A DNA stretch of 64,000 nucleotides from contig JAXGZN010000001.1 in assembly GCA_040776945.1 (NCBI GenBank), forward strand, positions 1,024,001-1,088,000. Reading direction: 5' to 3'. Shown one piece after another: positions 40,180 through 49,550 of the stretch. Below the pieces are notes generated by a model. The model saw only the letters and a list, made by a program, of their open reading frames with translations, did no database searches and was not told where the DNA came from. This stretch comes from Methanomassiliicoccaceae archaeon. GTDB lineage: Archaea; Thermoplasmatota; Thermoplasmata; Methanomassiliicoccales; Methanomassiliicoccaceae. Made by a program: the position numbers and the translations under genes. Every line of letters begins with the position of its first letter. Position 1 is the first letter of the stretch.

Positions 40180-41184
40180 ATGAAGCAGGTTCTTGTTCTG
40201 GGCGGCGGCGCAGCCGGTCTCGCTGCCGCGATCGAACTGTCCCACCGAGGCATACCAACGACGGTGGTGGACAGCGCGCCTCCCCCCGGCGGTCAGGCCT
40301 TCCAGCTCGCCTGCAAGGGCTCACCGGCCTGCCTGAACTGCGATGCCTGCCGGCCTCATGACCTGAGGAGGGAAGCTCTCCGTGACCCGATGATCGACCT
40401 TCTCGCCGGCTCGGAACTGGGCTATGTGGCCCCTTGCAGGGACGGCTTCCAGGCGACCGTCAGGAGGCCGGAGGGGTGCGAGGACCACGAGTTCGCAGCG
40501 GTGATTCTGGCCGTCGGCGCGATGCCGTTCAATGCTGCTATGGACGTCAGATATCGCTACGGGGAGTGCGCCGATGTCCTGACCTCACTGGATGTCGAAA
40601 GGGCCCTGCTCGAGACCAACGCTCTGGCGGTGCCCTCCACGGGGCGGGACCCAGAGAGCATCGCCGTTGTTCAGTGCGTCGGGTCCCGCGACGTCCACCG
40701 GGGCGTGCCGTACTGCTCTAAGGCGTGCTGCAAATACGCGTCCAAGCTCGGAAGGAGGCTCCGCCACCTGTACCCTGAGATGGAGCTGACCTTCTTCTTC
40801 ATGGACTGGAGGCCTCTGGAAGCCTCCGAGCGATCGGTGGGGGATTGGGCCGCCGGGGACCGCATGGTAAAGACCGTGCGGTCCAGACCGTCAGAGGTCG
40901 TTCCTGGCGACCGCCCATTGGTCCGCTATGCGACCGAGGCGGAGGACGTGGCCGAGAAGGCCTTCGACATCGTCATGCTGACCGTGGGCATGGTCCCCCG
41001 GCCGGACAATCCGCGGCTGGCCGAGGCCTTGGGGATAAGTTTGGACGACCAAGGCTTCCTCCGCTCCGCTCGTGACGATGTGCTCGTGGCGGGCACCTGC
41101 GCCGGGCCCAAGGACCTGAAGGAGAGCATAGAGGAGGGCATTGCGGCCGCCGGACGGGCCGCGTCGTTCCTGGAGGCGAAGTGA
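40180..41184 (+). CDS. HdrA-like flavo-iron-sulfur protein, short module 1
   Basis: GGGAAG FAD motif, CKGSPACLNCDAC, QCVGSRD...YCSKACC, AGTCAGPKD. Confidence 0.85.
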   Translation: MKQVLVLGGGAAGLAAAIELSHRGIPTTVVDSAPPPGGQAFQLACKGSPACLNCDACRPHDLRREALRDPMIDLLAGSELGYVAPCRDGFQATVRRPEGCEDHEFAAVILAVGAMPFNAAMDVRYRYGECADVLTSLDVERALLETNALAVPSTGRDPESIAVVQCVGSRDVHRGVPYCSKACCKYASKLGRRLRHLYPEMELTFFFMDWRPLEASERSVGDWAAGDRMVKTVRSRPSEVVPGDRPLVRYATEAEDVAEKAFDIVMLTVGMVPRPDNPRLAEALGISLDDQGFLRSARDDVLVAGTCAGPKDLKESIEEGIAAAGRAASFLEAK

Positions 41185-42257
41185 TGACCGTCCCCTCGGT
41201 TCTGGTCGTAGGCTCAGGCCGTATGGCCTTGGATGCCGCGAGGGAGATCGTCGCTCAAGGCGGGAGGGCCATCCTTGCACGGTCCGGGGGAACGAGACGG
41301 CAGTGCGCCCTTCGGGTCCCTGGGGGCATCGAGGTCATCGATGCTATGCTAGTATCGTTGGAAGGGTCCCCCGGAAGGTTCAGGGCCAACCTCCGCTCCG
41401 ATGAGGACATGACAGTGGAATGCTCCTCGGTTATCCTCGCTCCCGGCCCGGACGACCGTCCCACGCCCCAGGGGACCGTGGACCTCAAAGACCTCGCCGG
41501 GCTGGCGGTTTCGGAGGACGCGAAAAGCGTGGCCATAGTGGTACGTCCCGGCGCCCCGAGGAGCTCGTTCATCCATGCAATAAGGGCAGCCAGGGAGCTG
41601 CGTTCCAGGTCCAGGGCGGTCGCGGTGTTCGCCGACGAGATGTCAGCCTTCGGCATAGATGAGCTGGAGTACCGCAGCGCACAGGCCGAGGGCGTGATGT
41701 TCTTTCGCACGCAAGAGGCCGTCGTCTCGGCCGGTCCATCGAAGATAATGGCGACGGACCTCGTGGCCGGAAGCGTGGTCAACATAGCCCCGGACATGCT
41801 GGCCGTGGTGACGCCCGCACCGTTGCGGAACAGAGAGGTACGCATATCCCATCTTTTTTCCGAGGTCCGAGGTTCGCCGAGCATGGGCGCCTCGAGCACG
41901 GCCACCGAAGGCGTGCTCTTCGCAGGCCATGAGGACGAGCTCCTGGAGGAGGAGGCCGTTACCGCCGCGAGGGCCGCGGCGACAAAGGCCATGACGGTCG
42001 CCCGATCCCCTCCGGACAGGAGGGACCAGGCCGCCATTGTGGACCGCGAGAGGTGCTCGGCATGCCTGACTTGCCTCCGGGTCTGCCCCTTCGGAGCTGC
42101 AAGGCCGGGGGAGGAGGGCAAGGCGATCATTGACGGCGCGCGGTGCCAGGCATGCGGGATATGCGTAGGCGCCTGTCCTGGGCGAGCCATCTCGCTGCCC
42201 AGCCTCGTCTCCGCGGCCAATGGGCGAGAGGCGATATCCATGGGGAGATGCTCATGA
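41184..42257 (+). CDS. HdrA-like degenerate module 2 with C-terminal 2[4Fe-4S] ferredoxin
   Basis: VLVVGSG...LEGSPGRFRA; ELEYRSAQAEGVMF; CSACLTCLRVCP and CQACGICVGACP; translationally coupled. Confidence 0.75.
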   Translation: MTVPSVLVVGSGRMALDAAREIVAQGGRAILARSGGTRRQCALRVPGGIEVIDAMLVSLEGSPGRFRANLRSDEDMTVECSSVILAPGPDDRPTPQGTVDLKDLAGLAVSEDAKSVAIVVRPGAPRSSFIHAIRAARELRSRSRAVAVFADEMSAFGIDELEYRSAQAEGVMFFRTQEAVVSAGPSKIMATDLVAGSVVNIAPDMLAVVTPAPLRNREVRISHLFSEVRGSPSMGASSTATEGVLFAGHEDELLEEEAVTAARAAATKAMTVARSPPDRRDQAAIVDRERCSACLTCLRVCPFGAARPGEEGKAIIDGARCQACGICVGACPGRAISLPSLVSAANGREAISMGRCS

Positions 42258-42661
42258 GCGAGCCGACGATAGCCATGTTCATCTGCCGGAACGCCAGGGC
42301 CGCCCTGACCTCCGCGGACGGCACAGAAATGCCGCTCGCCGGTGTGCAGGTCATCGAGTTACCCTGCTCCGGGCGGGTGGACGAGGTCATGGTCCTCAGG
42401 GCCCTGCGGCAGGGGGCCTGGGCGGCGATAGTGGTGGCCTGCCTCGATGGCAATTGCAGGAACTTGACCGGCAACTATCAGGCAAGAAAACGAGTGGATG
42501 AGGTCCGCTCTCTGTTGCTCCAGCTCGGCCTGGGGCCCGATAGGGTCAAGATGTTCAGCGTGGCCTCGAACCAGCGAGCGGTCCTGGCCGAGGCGGTCCG
42601 CAAAGTGATGGACGAAGCACGAGAAAGAGGGCCGATAAGGATACTGGAAGGTGACCGATGA
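42254..42661 (+). CDS. mvhD: MvhD-type [2Fe-2S] subunit
   Basis: FIC, LPCSGRVD, ACLDGNC..LTGN. Confidence 0.88.
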   Translation: MSEPTIAMFICRNARAALTSADGTEMPLAGVQVIELPCSGRVDEVMVLRALRQGAWAAIVVACLDGNCRNLTGNYQARKRVDEVRSLLLQLGLGPDRVKMFSVASNQRAVLAEAVRKVMDEARERGPIRILEGDR

Positions 42662-43359
42662 TAATCGCCGAGCGCAAGGACCTGAAGCAGATAACTGAGA
42701 TGCTGGAGGGCCGGAAGCGCGTCCTGGTGGCGGGGTGCCGGTCCTGCGTTTCGATCTGCCACGCGGGAGGGGAGAAGGAGGTCGCCATCATGGCCGAGGC
42801 CCTGAGGCTGAAAGCAGAGCGTGAAGGCCGGGAGATGGAGGTCAGCGAGGTAGCGGTCGAGAGGCAGTGCGAGAAGGAATGGGTCAGAGGGATCGAACGC
42901 CAGGTGGCGGCCGGCGATATCGTGCTGAGCATGGCTTGCGGAGTGGGCGTCCAGACCATGCAGGAGGTGTACCCTTCGGTATTGGTCGTACCGGGGCTTA
43001 ACACCACCAGCATGGGCGCCCCGGAGGAGGACGGCATATTTGTGGAAAAGTGCGGTGGCTGCGGGGACTGCGTGCTGCATCTCACCGGAGGGGTCTGCCC
43101 GATCGCAAGGTGCGCGAAGTCCCTGCTCAACGGGCCTTGCGGCGGTTCACAGGACGGCAGATGCGAGGTGGACCGGGAAACGCCTTGCGGCTGGGAACAG
43201 ATATATCAAAGCCTTGGAAGGCTGGGACGTCTCGACCTGTTGGAGGTGAACATCCCTCCCAGGAGCTGGCTCCCCTCCCGTTCCGGAGGCCCCCGCAGGA
43301 CCGTCCGGCCTTCAGTGGCAAAGGGGGCGGAGGAGAGGGCGGCGGAGGTCAGGAGATGA
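42658..43359 (+). CDS. metV: Methylene-THF reductase Fe-S/FMN subunit MetV
   Basis: GCRSCVSICHAGG, ERQCE, ACGVGVQ, CGGCGDC...CPIARCAKSLLNGPCGG..DGRCEV...CGW. Confidence 0.9.
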   Translation: MIIAERKDLKQITEMLEGRKRVLVAGCRSCVSICHAGGEKEVAIMAEALRLKAEREGREMEVSEVAVERQCEKEWVRGIERQVAAGDIVLSMACGVGVQTMQEVYPSVLVVPGLNTTSMGAPEEDGIFVEKCGGCGDCVLHLTGGVCPIARCAKSLLNGPCGGSQDGRCEVDRETPCGWEQIYQSLGRLGRLDLLEVNIPPRSWLPSRSGGPRRTVRPSVAKGAEERAAEVRR

Positions 43360-44267
43360 GGTCAGGCAGCAATCTGGAAAGGGTCTTGGAGAGCGGACGC
43401 TTCGCCGTCACCGCGGAGATCGGGCCGCCAAGATCGGCAAGCTCCGAAGCGGTCAGGAGGAAGGCAAGGCTGCTGAAGGGGAGCGCCGATGCGTTCAACC
43501 TCACCGACAATCAGACGGCCATCGTCCGTCTCTCGAGCATGGCATCGTCGGTGGCATGCCTGCAGGAGGGCGTGGAACCGGTCATGCAGATGACCTGCCG
43601 TGACCGGAACAGGATCGCCATGCAGGCCGACCTCCTCGGCGCCTGCTCGCTGGGGATCAGGAACGTGCTGTGCATCTCCGGCGACCACCAGACCTTCGGC
43701 AATCAGAAGGAGGCGAAGAACGTGTGGGACATCGATCCCATACAGCAGCTGATGGTGTTCCGCCAGATGCGCGACCTCGGCCAGACGTGGGGAGGCGACG
43801 GTCTGGAGGAACGGCCGCAAGTGCTCCTGGGCGCCGCCGCCAACCCGTTCGCCGACCCCTTCGAGCTCCGGGTCGTCCGCCTAGCGAAGAAGGTCAACGC
43901 CGGCGCCGACTTCATCCAGACGCAGGCGATCTTCGACCTCGACAGGTTCGAGAGGTTCATGGGCATGGTCCGCGAGCGCGGGCTCGATCGCAGGACCCAC
44001 ATAATTGCCGGAGTGATACCACTGCGATCGGCCAATGCCGCCAGGTACATGAAGGCCAAAGTGGCGGGGATGAGAGTACCGGATGAGATAGTGGACCGAA
44101 TGAGCAGAGCCACAGACCCTAAGAAGGAAGGGGCCAGGATCTGCGTGGAGACGATCGACCGACTAAGAGCGATGGAAGGCGTGCACGGCGTGCACATCAT
44201 GGCCATCGGGTGGGAGGAGATAGTGCCGGAGATCGTAAGGGAGTGCGGCCTGGACCACCGCCCCTAA
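43356..44267 (+). CDS. metF: Methylene-THF reductase catalytic subunit
   Basis: VTAEIGPP, NLTDNQ, QMTCRDRNRIA, SGDH, GADFIQTQ, GVHIM. Confidence 0.95.
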   Translation: MRSGSNLERVLESGRFAVTAEIGPPRSASSEAVRRKARLLKGSADAFNLTDNQTAIVRLSSMASSVACLQEGVEPVMQMTCRDRNRIAMQADLLGACSLGIRNVLCISGDHQTFGNQKEAKNVWDIDPIQQLMVFRQMRDLGQTWGGDGLEERPQVLLGAAANPFADPFELRVVRLAKKVNAGADFIQTQAIFDLDRFERFMGMVRERGLDRRTHIIAGVIPLRSANAARYMKAKVAGMRVPDEIVDRMSRATDPKKEGARICVETIDRLRAMEGVHGVHIMAIGWEEIVPEIVRECGLDHRP

Positions 44268-44367
44268 GTAAGGGCGAAAGGATCGGGGAGCTCCATATCG
44301 ACCAATATTATTCACAGCGAACAATGCCAAAGATATATCCATGCTCCAGCATATTCACCCTGTTACC

Positions 44368-45162
44368 ATGGATGAGAAACGTTGCTGGTTTTGCCGCCGC
44401 GGAAGAAGGGAACTGTTGGAGGAGCTCCCTGATGGGTTCTGGGACGAGCAACAGGAGATGTTCTTCGATGTCGAGGTCATCGGCAGGGTCAGCGGCGTGG
44501 ACAAGGTGCGTCCAGGGGACGTTCCGCACAGTCGCCGTTTCCGGCGAAAGGGGGCCCCTGAGGATGAAGTGCATGCCTTCGACGACAAGCGCTTCGCCAT
44601 CGTCGGAAGGAAATGCTCGAAGGTGAGCGTGTGCCGGATCTGCAGGAGCCTTGAGACCGCGATCACATCGATCTCAGAGGATGGAAGAGGTGCGGTCCCG
44701 TACCGAGCGATATATCCGCCAACGGCCGAGGAGATGGCGGTCGCAAGGTACTGGGAGAAGTACCGCTCCGAGGAGAAGAAGCTGGAGGCGGACTATCCGG
44801 ACGATGCGTATCGAGTACTGCTCGCGATCCAGCGTATGTATGTCGGCGCACCCATAACCCTATGGGACCTGTCCCAGGAGATGAACGTGTTCAACCACCG
44901 CTCGCTCGAACGGCCAGTGTCCCACTTGCTGGAACAACTGCCTGGACTGGGGATGTTGGACCGCAAGACGTTGACCGTGTATATGAACGAAGGGAAGGAG
45001 GGGATGTCGATGATCGAAGAGTTGGTCGAAAGGTATGAGGATTTCTACCGCCAAAGGGATGTGAGCGTAGCGGTCCCAGAGGCCCCGGCCCGAAGCTACG
45101 AGGTGCTTGCCAAAATAAGGAAGCTGAACTATTCGGACGATGGCAGATATTCAAAGTGGTAG
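44368..45162 (+). CDS. Hypothetical protein with split Zn finger and C-terminal winged helix
   Basis: CWFC...VCRIC; ITLWDLSQEMNV...SLERPVSHLL...GMLD. Confidence 0.6.
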   Translation: MDEKRCWFCRRGRRELLEELPDGFWDEQQEMFFDVEVIGRVSGVDKVRPGDVPHSRRFRRKGAPEDEVHAFDDKRFAIVGRKCSKVSVCRICRSLETAITSISEDGRGAVPYRAIYPPTAEEMAVARYWEKYRSEEKKLEADYPDDAYRVLLAIQRMYVGAPITLWDLSQEMNVFNHRSLERPVSHLLEQLPGLGMLDRKTLTVYMNEGKEGMSMIEELVERYEDFYRQRDVSVAVPEAPARSYEVLAKIRKLNYSDDGRYSKW

Positions 45163-45595
45163 GGAAGAAAAAGCTGACGGGAGGCCCTTGCGACCCGCCA
45201 TTGGGTTTCACCGTGCAGGGAGCGGAGCAAGCTCAACTGCGTCCGCGTCCGCCCGCCCTTATCCGGACATAGGTCCAGCATGCCGCAAAGAATACAACGG
45301 ATCCGCTGAAGTATACCAGCTCGTACAATGCGTTCACCTCCTTCCATTTAACCCCCCTCGGGGCCTGAAACAACTTTGGACCAGGCAGTATTTATTGTTA
45401 TCTAAATAGATAATTGTAAACATTTTATTAATGATTTCTTACATTCGGCAACGCGCCCGACCCCCTGATTTATGTTTGGAAAGTAAAGCTTGCACGTTCA
45501 ATAATCCCACTCACGTGAAAATCCAAGAAGGCCATCGACCGAGCGGAAATAAAAGAAAGGAAAAAAGAGGTTTTACGTGACGCAGGCGCGTCGTC

Positions 45596-47605
45596 TCAGT
45601 CAGGCATCTGTTCCTCGTCCTCGGGCATCTCGAAGCAGGCATAGGCCCCATAGAACATCATTTGCTTGTTGGTGACAGCAAAGCCATCATCACCATGCAT
45701 GACGCTCACAGAGTTGCCGGCAACGAGCAGGCCGCGGATATTGACGTCCACAGGCTCGCAGTGAACGCAGATCGTCATGCAATCGTCGTCACGGTCGATG
45801 GACCGGAAGGAGACCTCAGCGCAAGCATCCTCTCCCGTGACCTTGGAGCAGCCCTCGTAATGGATGGCCGTAACGACATCAGCGCACCTGGTGCAGCCTT
45901 CGCCTCTGTAGATCACTTCCGACCTGGCGGCGACATCACAGAAGACACTGAGCCTTACCGACCCGTCGCAGAAGACCATCTCCACGAGCTGGTGGTAGCT
46001 CACCTCGGTGCGGAAGGTCATGGTCGAGCCATGACAGCCTTCGAGCGGAACGCAGTTCTCGCAGGAGTAGGCCGCGGAGGTCTCCATCGTCACCTTATCA
46101 GGCAGGAAGGGGACCTCCAGTGGCAGGCAGTAGTATGCTCCGTCCAGCTCCGAGTCATCGTCCCAGTTGCAGGCGCCCGCATAAGCGACGTTCTGGAGAG
46201 GGTTCTCGCAGAAATCGATCATCGCCGCTCCGTCCAGGCAGAATGCGACCTGGTAATGGTAAGTATAGCTCTGCCCTGGGCAGAGGACCGGCATGCAGGA
46301 CAGGTCCACATCAACGCAGGCAACGTCTATCCAGCAGGACCCGTCCCACCACTGTACGGTGTCAGTGACGAACAGCCCCTCAGTAGAGTAGTCGCCGCAG
46401 TTGGTCACGGTTATGGAGCCACAGACGACGAAATGGCCCTTGTCGCTTATCACGTACTGTTCGACAAGAACGGGCTGGGCATCATCGGCGAACTGCATGA
46501 TCTGTGGCTGTACGACCTCTTCTGTGCAATCAGAGGGGAAGTTCAGCCCCAGCTTGATGTCCTCGGTCCATCTGACATCCGCCGTCTTGCAGACCTCCAA
46601 CATGGTCTCGAACGCCCCGCTGTATATGCACAGGGACACACAATCGCTCACGACGGTGCAGCTATCGCACGCGGTCAGAACGGCCTCGTTGTTGAGCAGG
46701 TAGGCCGAATCACGAGGTGCGCAAACATTGGAGATCTCCAGGTTCACGCAGACCTCGAAGTGACTGCACTTGTCGTCGAGCATCCAAGGTCCAGTATCGG
46801 TCAGGGCCCTGACCTTGAACCCACAGGGAACGTTGAACACGTCGACAAGGCTGGCGCGGTCATCGATAACGGTACGATCGGGTTCGCAGGGCAGGTCGAA
46901 CTCAGCGCAGGCCCTGACCCCGGAAGGCTCACCGCAATCGTCGGCGAAGTTGGAGATCGTGACATCAGCGACGTTACGATAGATGGCTCCCTCGCAGGGC
47001 TCGAACTCATACTCGTAATAATAGGTATAGCACTCCCCGGCCGCTAGCACTGGATGGCAGGAAGTGTCCACCTCGAAGGACGCATGGTCAGTGAACGCGC
47101 CGCACTCCCTAGATATCTGGATGGTATCGCAGATCGCCAGGTCGACCGTATCGAAACAACCGGTATTGGTCACCACAACGGCCCCTCTGACCCCGAAGAC
47201 CTCATCTACGCAGGCCTTTGAGCGCTCGGCCGTTATGATATAGGATATGCATGAGGTCTCGCCCGGCTCGACCTGTATCCTGCCGGCGCCCATGTTCGCA
47301 AGCGCTCCCCTATCGTTGGCATTCAGCTCCTTGACGACGCTCCAAGAGTATCTGGTGGCCATCTCCCAGAAACCGGTAGCGGTCTTGCAAACCGTGATCG
47401 TCGTATCGCAAGGCGCTAGTTCTTTGGCATCGCCGTCCATATCGTTGCAATCGTCTTTCTCAGCAGGGCATTGCTCGCCTCCGTTCGGGCGTTCGTCCTG
47501 CGGGTCGTTCCCCTGGTCCGCGAGCACCAAGGTAGTAGGACCTTTCAAGGCAACTATGGCAACCGCACTGATCATTATGATCAGGGCTACCGCTAACGCT
47601 ATCAT
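45596..47605 (-). CDS. Secreted or anchored Cys-rich acidic protein with repeated beta-sandwich (DUF11/Cna-B-like) modules
   Basis: Hydrophobic N-terminus, about 48 Cys in 669 aa, internal duplication (VCKTA...VTNxG...DT.Q...VDxSCxPVLxxGxxYTYxY...NVA). Confidence 0.75.
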   Translation of the reverse strand: MIALAVALIIMISAVAIVALKGPTTLVLADQGNDPQDERPNGGEQCPAEKDDCNDMDGDAKELAPCDTTITVCKTATGFWEMATRYSWSVVKELNANDRGALANMGAGRIQVEPGETSCISYIITAERSKACVDEVFGVRGAVVVTNTGCFDTVDLAICDTIQISRECGAFTDHASFEVDTSCHPVLAAGECYTYYYEYEFEPCEGAIYRNVADVTISNFADDCGEPSGVRACAEFDLPCEPDRTVIDDRASLVDVFNVPCGFKVRALTDTGPWMLDDKCSHFEVCVNLEISNVCAPRDSAYLLNNEAVLTACDSCTVVSDCVSLCIYSGAFETMLEVCKTADVRWTEDIKLGLNFPSDCTEEVVQPQIMQFADDAQPVLVEQYVISDKGHFVVCGSITVTNCGDYSTEGLFVTDTVQWWDGSCWIDVACVDVDLSCMPVLCPGQSYTYHYQVAFCLDGAAMIDFCENPLQNVAYAGACNWDDDSELDGAYYCLPLEVPFLPDKVTMETSAAYSCENCVPLEGCHGSTMTFRTEVSYHQLVEMVFCDGSVRLSVFCDVAARSEVIYRGEGCTRCADVVTAIHYEGCSKVTGEDACAEVSFRSIDRDDDCMTICVHCEPVDVNIRGLLVAGNSVSVMHGDDGFAVTNKQMMFYGAYACFEMPEDEEQMPD

Positions 47606-47754
47606 CTTCGTGTTTCCTCTCGTATCAAACCCCCCAATAGGTTTCCGCGATTATTTGACAACCAAATATTATTAATACTTTCTATTCGTTTACTTTTATT
47701 ATAACATTATAGATATTTATTTTATAGAAAAATATTATCTCCAATAATAATGAC

Positions 47755-47770
47755 TGGCCTATATAGGCCA
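47755..47770. promoter_or_regulatory. 16-bp perfect palindrome in AT-rich control region
   Basis: TGGCCTATATAGGCCA, flanked by AATAATG/CATTATT. Confidence 0.45.
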
Positions 47771-47786
47771 TAACATTATTGAACGA

Positions 47787-48560
47787 TCATTTTTGACATA
47801 GTCCCTGAAATTCGCACCAATGGCACAGAGGGCCGCTGCGGCAATGGAAATCATCGGCAGCCTCGATGTCATCTATGAGATGGGACATTCGAACCTCAAG
47901 TTCCTGCAGTTCTTTCAAGGTCCGGGAGGACGTAAGCTCCTTGTCATGCGCTAGATAATGCCACTTCAGACGTACCTCTTGGACCTCAGGGACGTTCTGC
48001 CTTACCCCTATCTCGTAAAGGGCCAGCTGGCGATCGCCATTCACCTCTCTGGAGGATGGGAGCCGGCGGCCGGTCTTGAAGTCGTGGATCTCGTACACGC
48101 CGTCGCCCATGCACCTGAGCATATCGATGAAGCCGATGAACCTATGCCTCTCTCCGATAATGAACCGCAGCTCATGCTCGACCCCTATTATCTTTCCTCC
48201 AGTGAACGGCTGGTGACGGCGATGGTAGGCCTGCAGGCCGGCTCTTGCGGCCATTCGATGGTCAGAGACAGTCTCGCCCCTCTTCACTATCCTCACCAAG
48301 GAACCCTCATAATTGTCTTCCCAAACCTTGTCGAAGTGCTCCATCAGCTCTGCCGCCGTCAGCACATGGCCCTTAGCGGCATTCTCATGAAGATGCTGGA
48401 GCGAGAGATGGACCATGGTGCCGGTAAAAGCCTCGATCCCTCGGACCTCGTCCACCTCGACCTTGTCCACGTATTTGTACTGGTACCTTCTGGGGCATTG
48501 CTCATAACAGCTCAGCCGTGAGTGCGAGTACACCTCGGCGCTAAGCGTCCCATCTTTCAT
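47787..48560 (-). CDS. Stand-alone PD-(D/E)XK nuclease (RecB/AddB/Cas4-like)
   Basis: YSHSRL..YEQCP, GTMVH, GFIDML...IHDFKTG, QLALY, CHWCEFQGLC. Confidence 0.88.
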   Translation of the reverse strand: MKDGTLSAEVYSHSRLSCYEQCPRRYQYKYVDKVEVDEVRGIEAFTGTMVHLSLQHLHENAAKGHVLTAAELMEHFDKVWEDNYEGSLVRIVKRGETVSDHRMAARAGLQAYHRRHQPFTGGKIIGVEHELRFIIGERHRFIGFIDMLRCMGDGVYEIHDFKTGRRLPSSREVNGDRQLALYEIGVRQNVPEVQEVRLKWHYLAHDKELTSSRTLKELQELEVRMSHLIDDIEAADDFHCRSGPLCHWCEFQGLCQK

Positions 48561-48633
48561 ATCGCTCTCTTTCCTGGCGCGCTTGAGCGCCCTTGATCTC
48601 AGCTAGGGCAAACGTCCTAATGGTCCTTTCCTT

Positions 48634-49410
48634 TCAATCCCTGAGGAAATCGTCGCAGTACAGCCTCTCGTTCAGCAGTACCCGCCCGGCTTTGATGGTG
48701 GCCATAAGCTCAGGGTCCTCGGGATCGCATATCGCGGCCGATAGGCCGGCCCCGAGAAGCATCGCCAGATAGGTCCGGTTCAGCAGACTGCGCTGCTTGG
48801 CACCGTTGGAGACATTGCTCAGGCCCACCACCGTGCGGGGGGCGGGCTCGTCAAGCGTCTGGAACATCTGCACCGCCTGAACCACCTTGCGGCCCTGGTC
48901 CTGGGCCGCCGAGGTCGGAAGCACCAGAGGGTCGAGGTACAGTCGGTCGGGCATGATGTCGTGCTCCATGGCCTTGGTCATCATGAGCATGGCCATCTCC
49001 GCCCGGGCGTCCGCCGAGTTCGGAACGCCCCTTTCGTCCATGCATAGGCATATGATCTCTGCGCCGTGCTCTCGGCACAACGGGAAGAACCTGTCCATTC
49101 GTTTTTCCTCAGCGGTGGTGGAGTTCATGATGACCCTGTTCTTGGCGGCCTTTAGCCCAGCCTCCATGGTCCGGGGGCCGGAGGTATCAAGGGACAGCGG
49201 TGCCGTGGTGACCTCCTGCACTGTCGACACCAGCCATTCCATCGCCGCCGGCCCGTCATCGCGTCCCGGTCCAACGTTGATGTCCAAGGCCTCGGCGCCA
49301 TGCTCCAGCTGGCGAACGGCGAGCTCCTGGATGAATCTGGCGTCCCGGCGGTCTATCGCTCTACCTACCGATGCGAACTGTCCATTGATCCTCTCAGAGA
49401 TGATGAGCAT
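48634..49410 (-). CDS. acsE: Methyl-THF:corrinoid iron-sulfur protein methyltransferase (AcsE-like)
   Basis: IISERING, LDINVGP, LSLDT, MNST, LDPLVLP, GLSNVSNG, LNRTYL. Confidence 0.85.
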   Translation of the reverse strand: MLIISERINGQFASVGRAIDRRDARFIQELAVRQLEHGAEALDINVGPGRDDGPAAMEWLVSTVQEVTTAPLSLDTSGPRTMEAGLKAAKNRVIMNSTTAEEKRMDRFFPLCREHGAEIICLCMDERGVPNSADARAEMAMLMMTKAMEHDIMPDRLYLDPLVLPTSAAQDQGRKVVQAVQMFQTLDEPAPRTVVGLSNVSNGAKQRSLLNRTYLAMLLGAGLSAAICDPEDPELMATIKAGRVLLNERLYCDDFLRD

Positions 49411-49550
49411 GCTTCCGGTGCGAAAAAGGCCGCAATGTGATAAAAGCATATCTGCCGCCGGCCGATGGCCAGCGCGGCCATAGGGAAAGCTGCCGTCCAA
49501 TCCCAAAGTAGTTAATGCCGATGAAGGATAGGAGCACCCTGTGAGGCACG

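Noticed and set aside
45662-47047. 461-aa plus-strand ORF and the many other long antisense ORFs
   Set aside because: Shadow frames of real genes in GC-rich DNA, with no motifs.
48634-49410. Dihydropteroate synthase
   Set aside because: ERING, DPL and GLSNVS motifs match AcsE/MetH pterin-binding methyltransferases, not FolP (no SRK motif).
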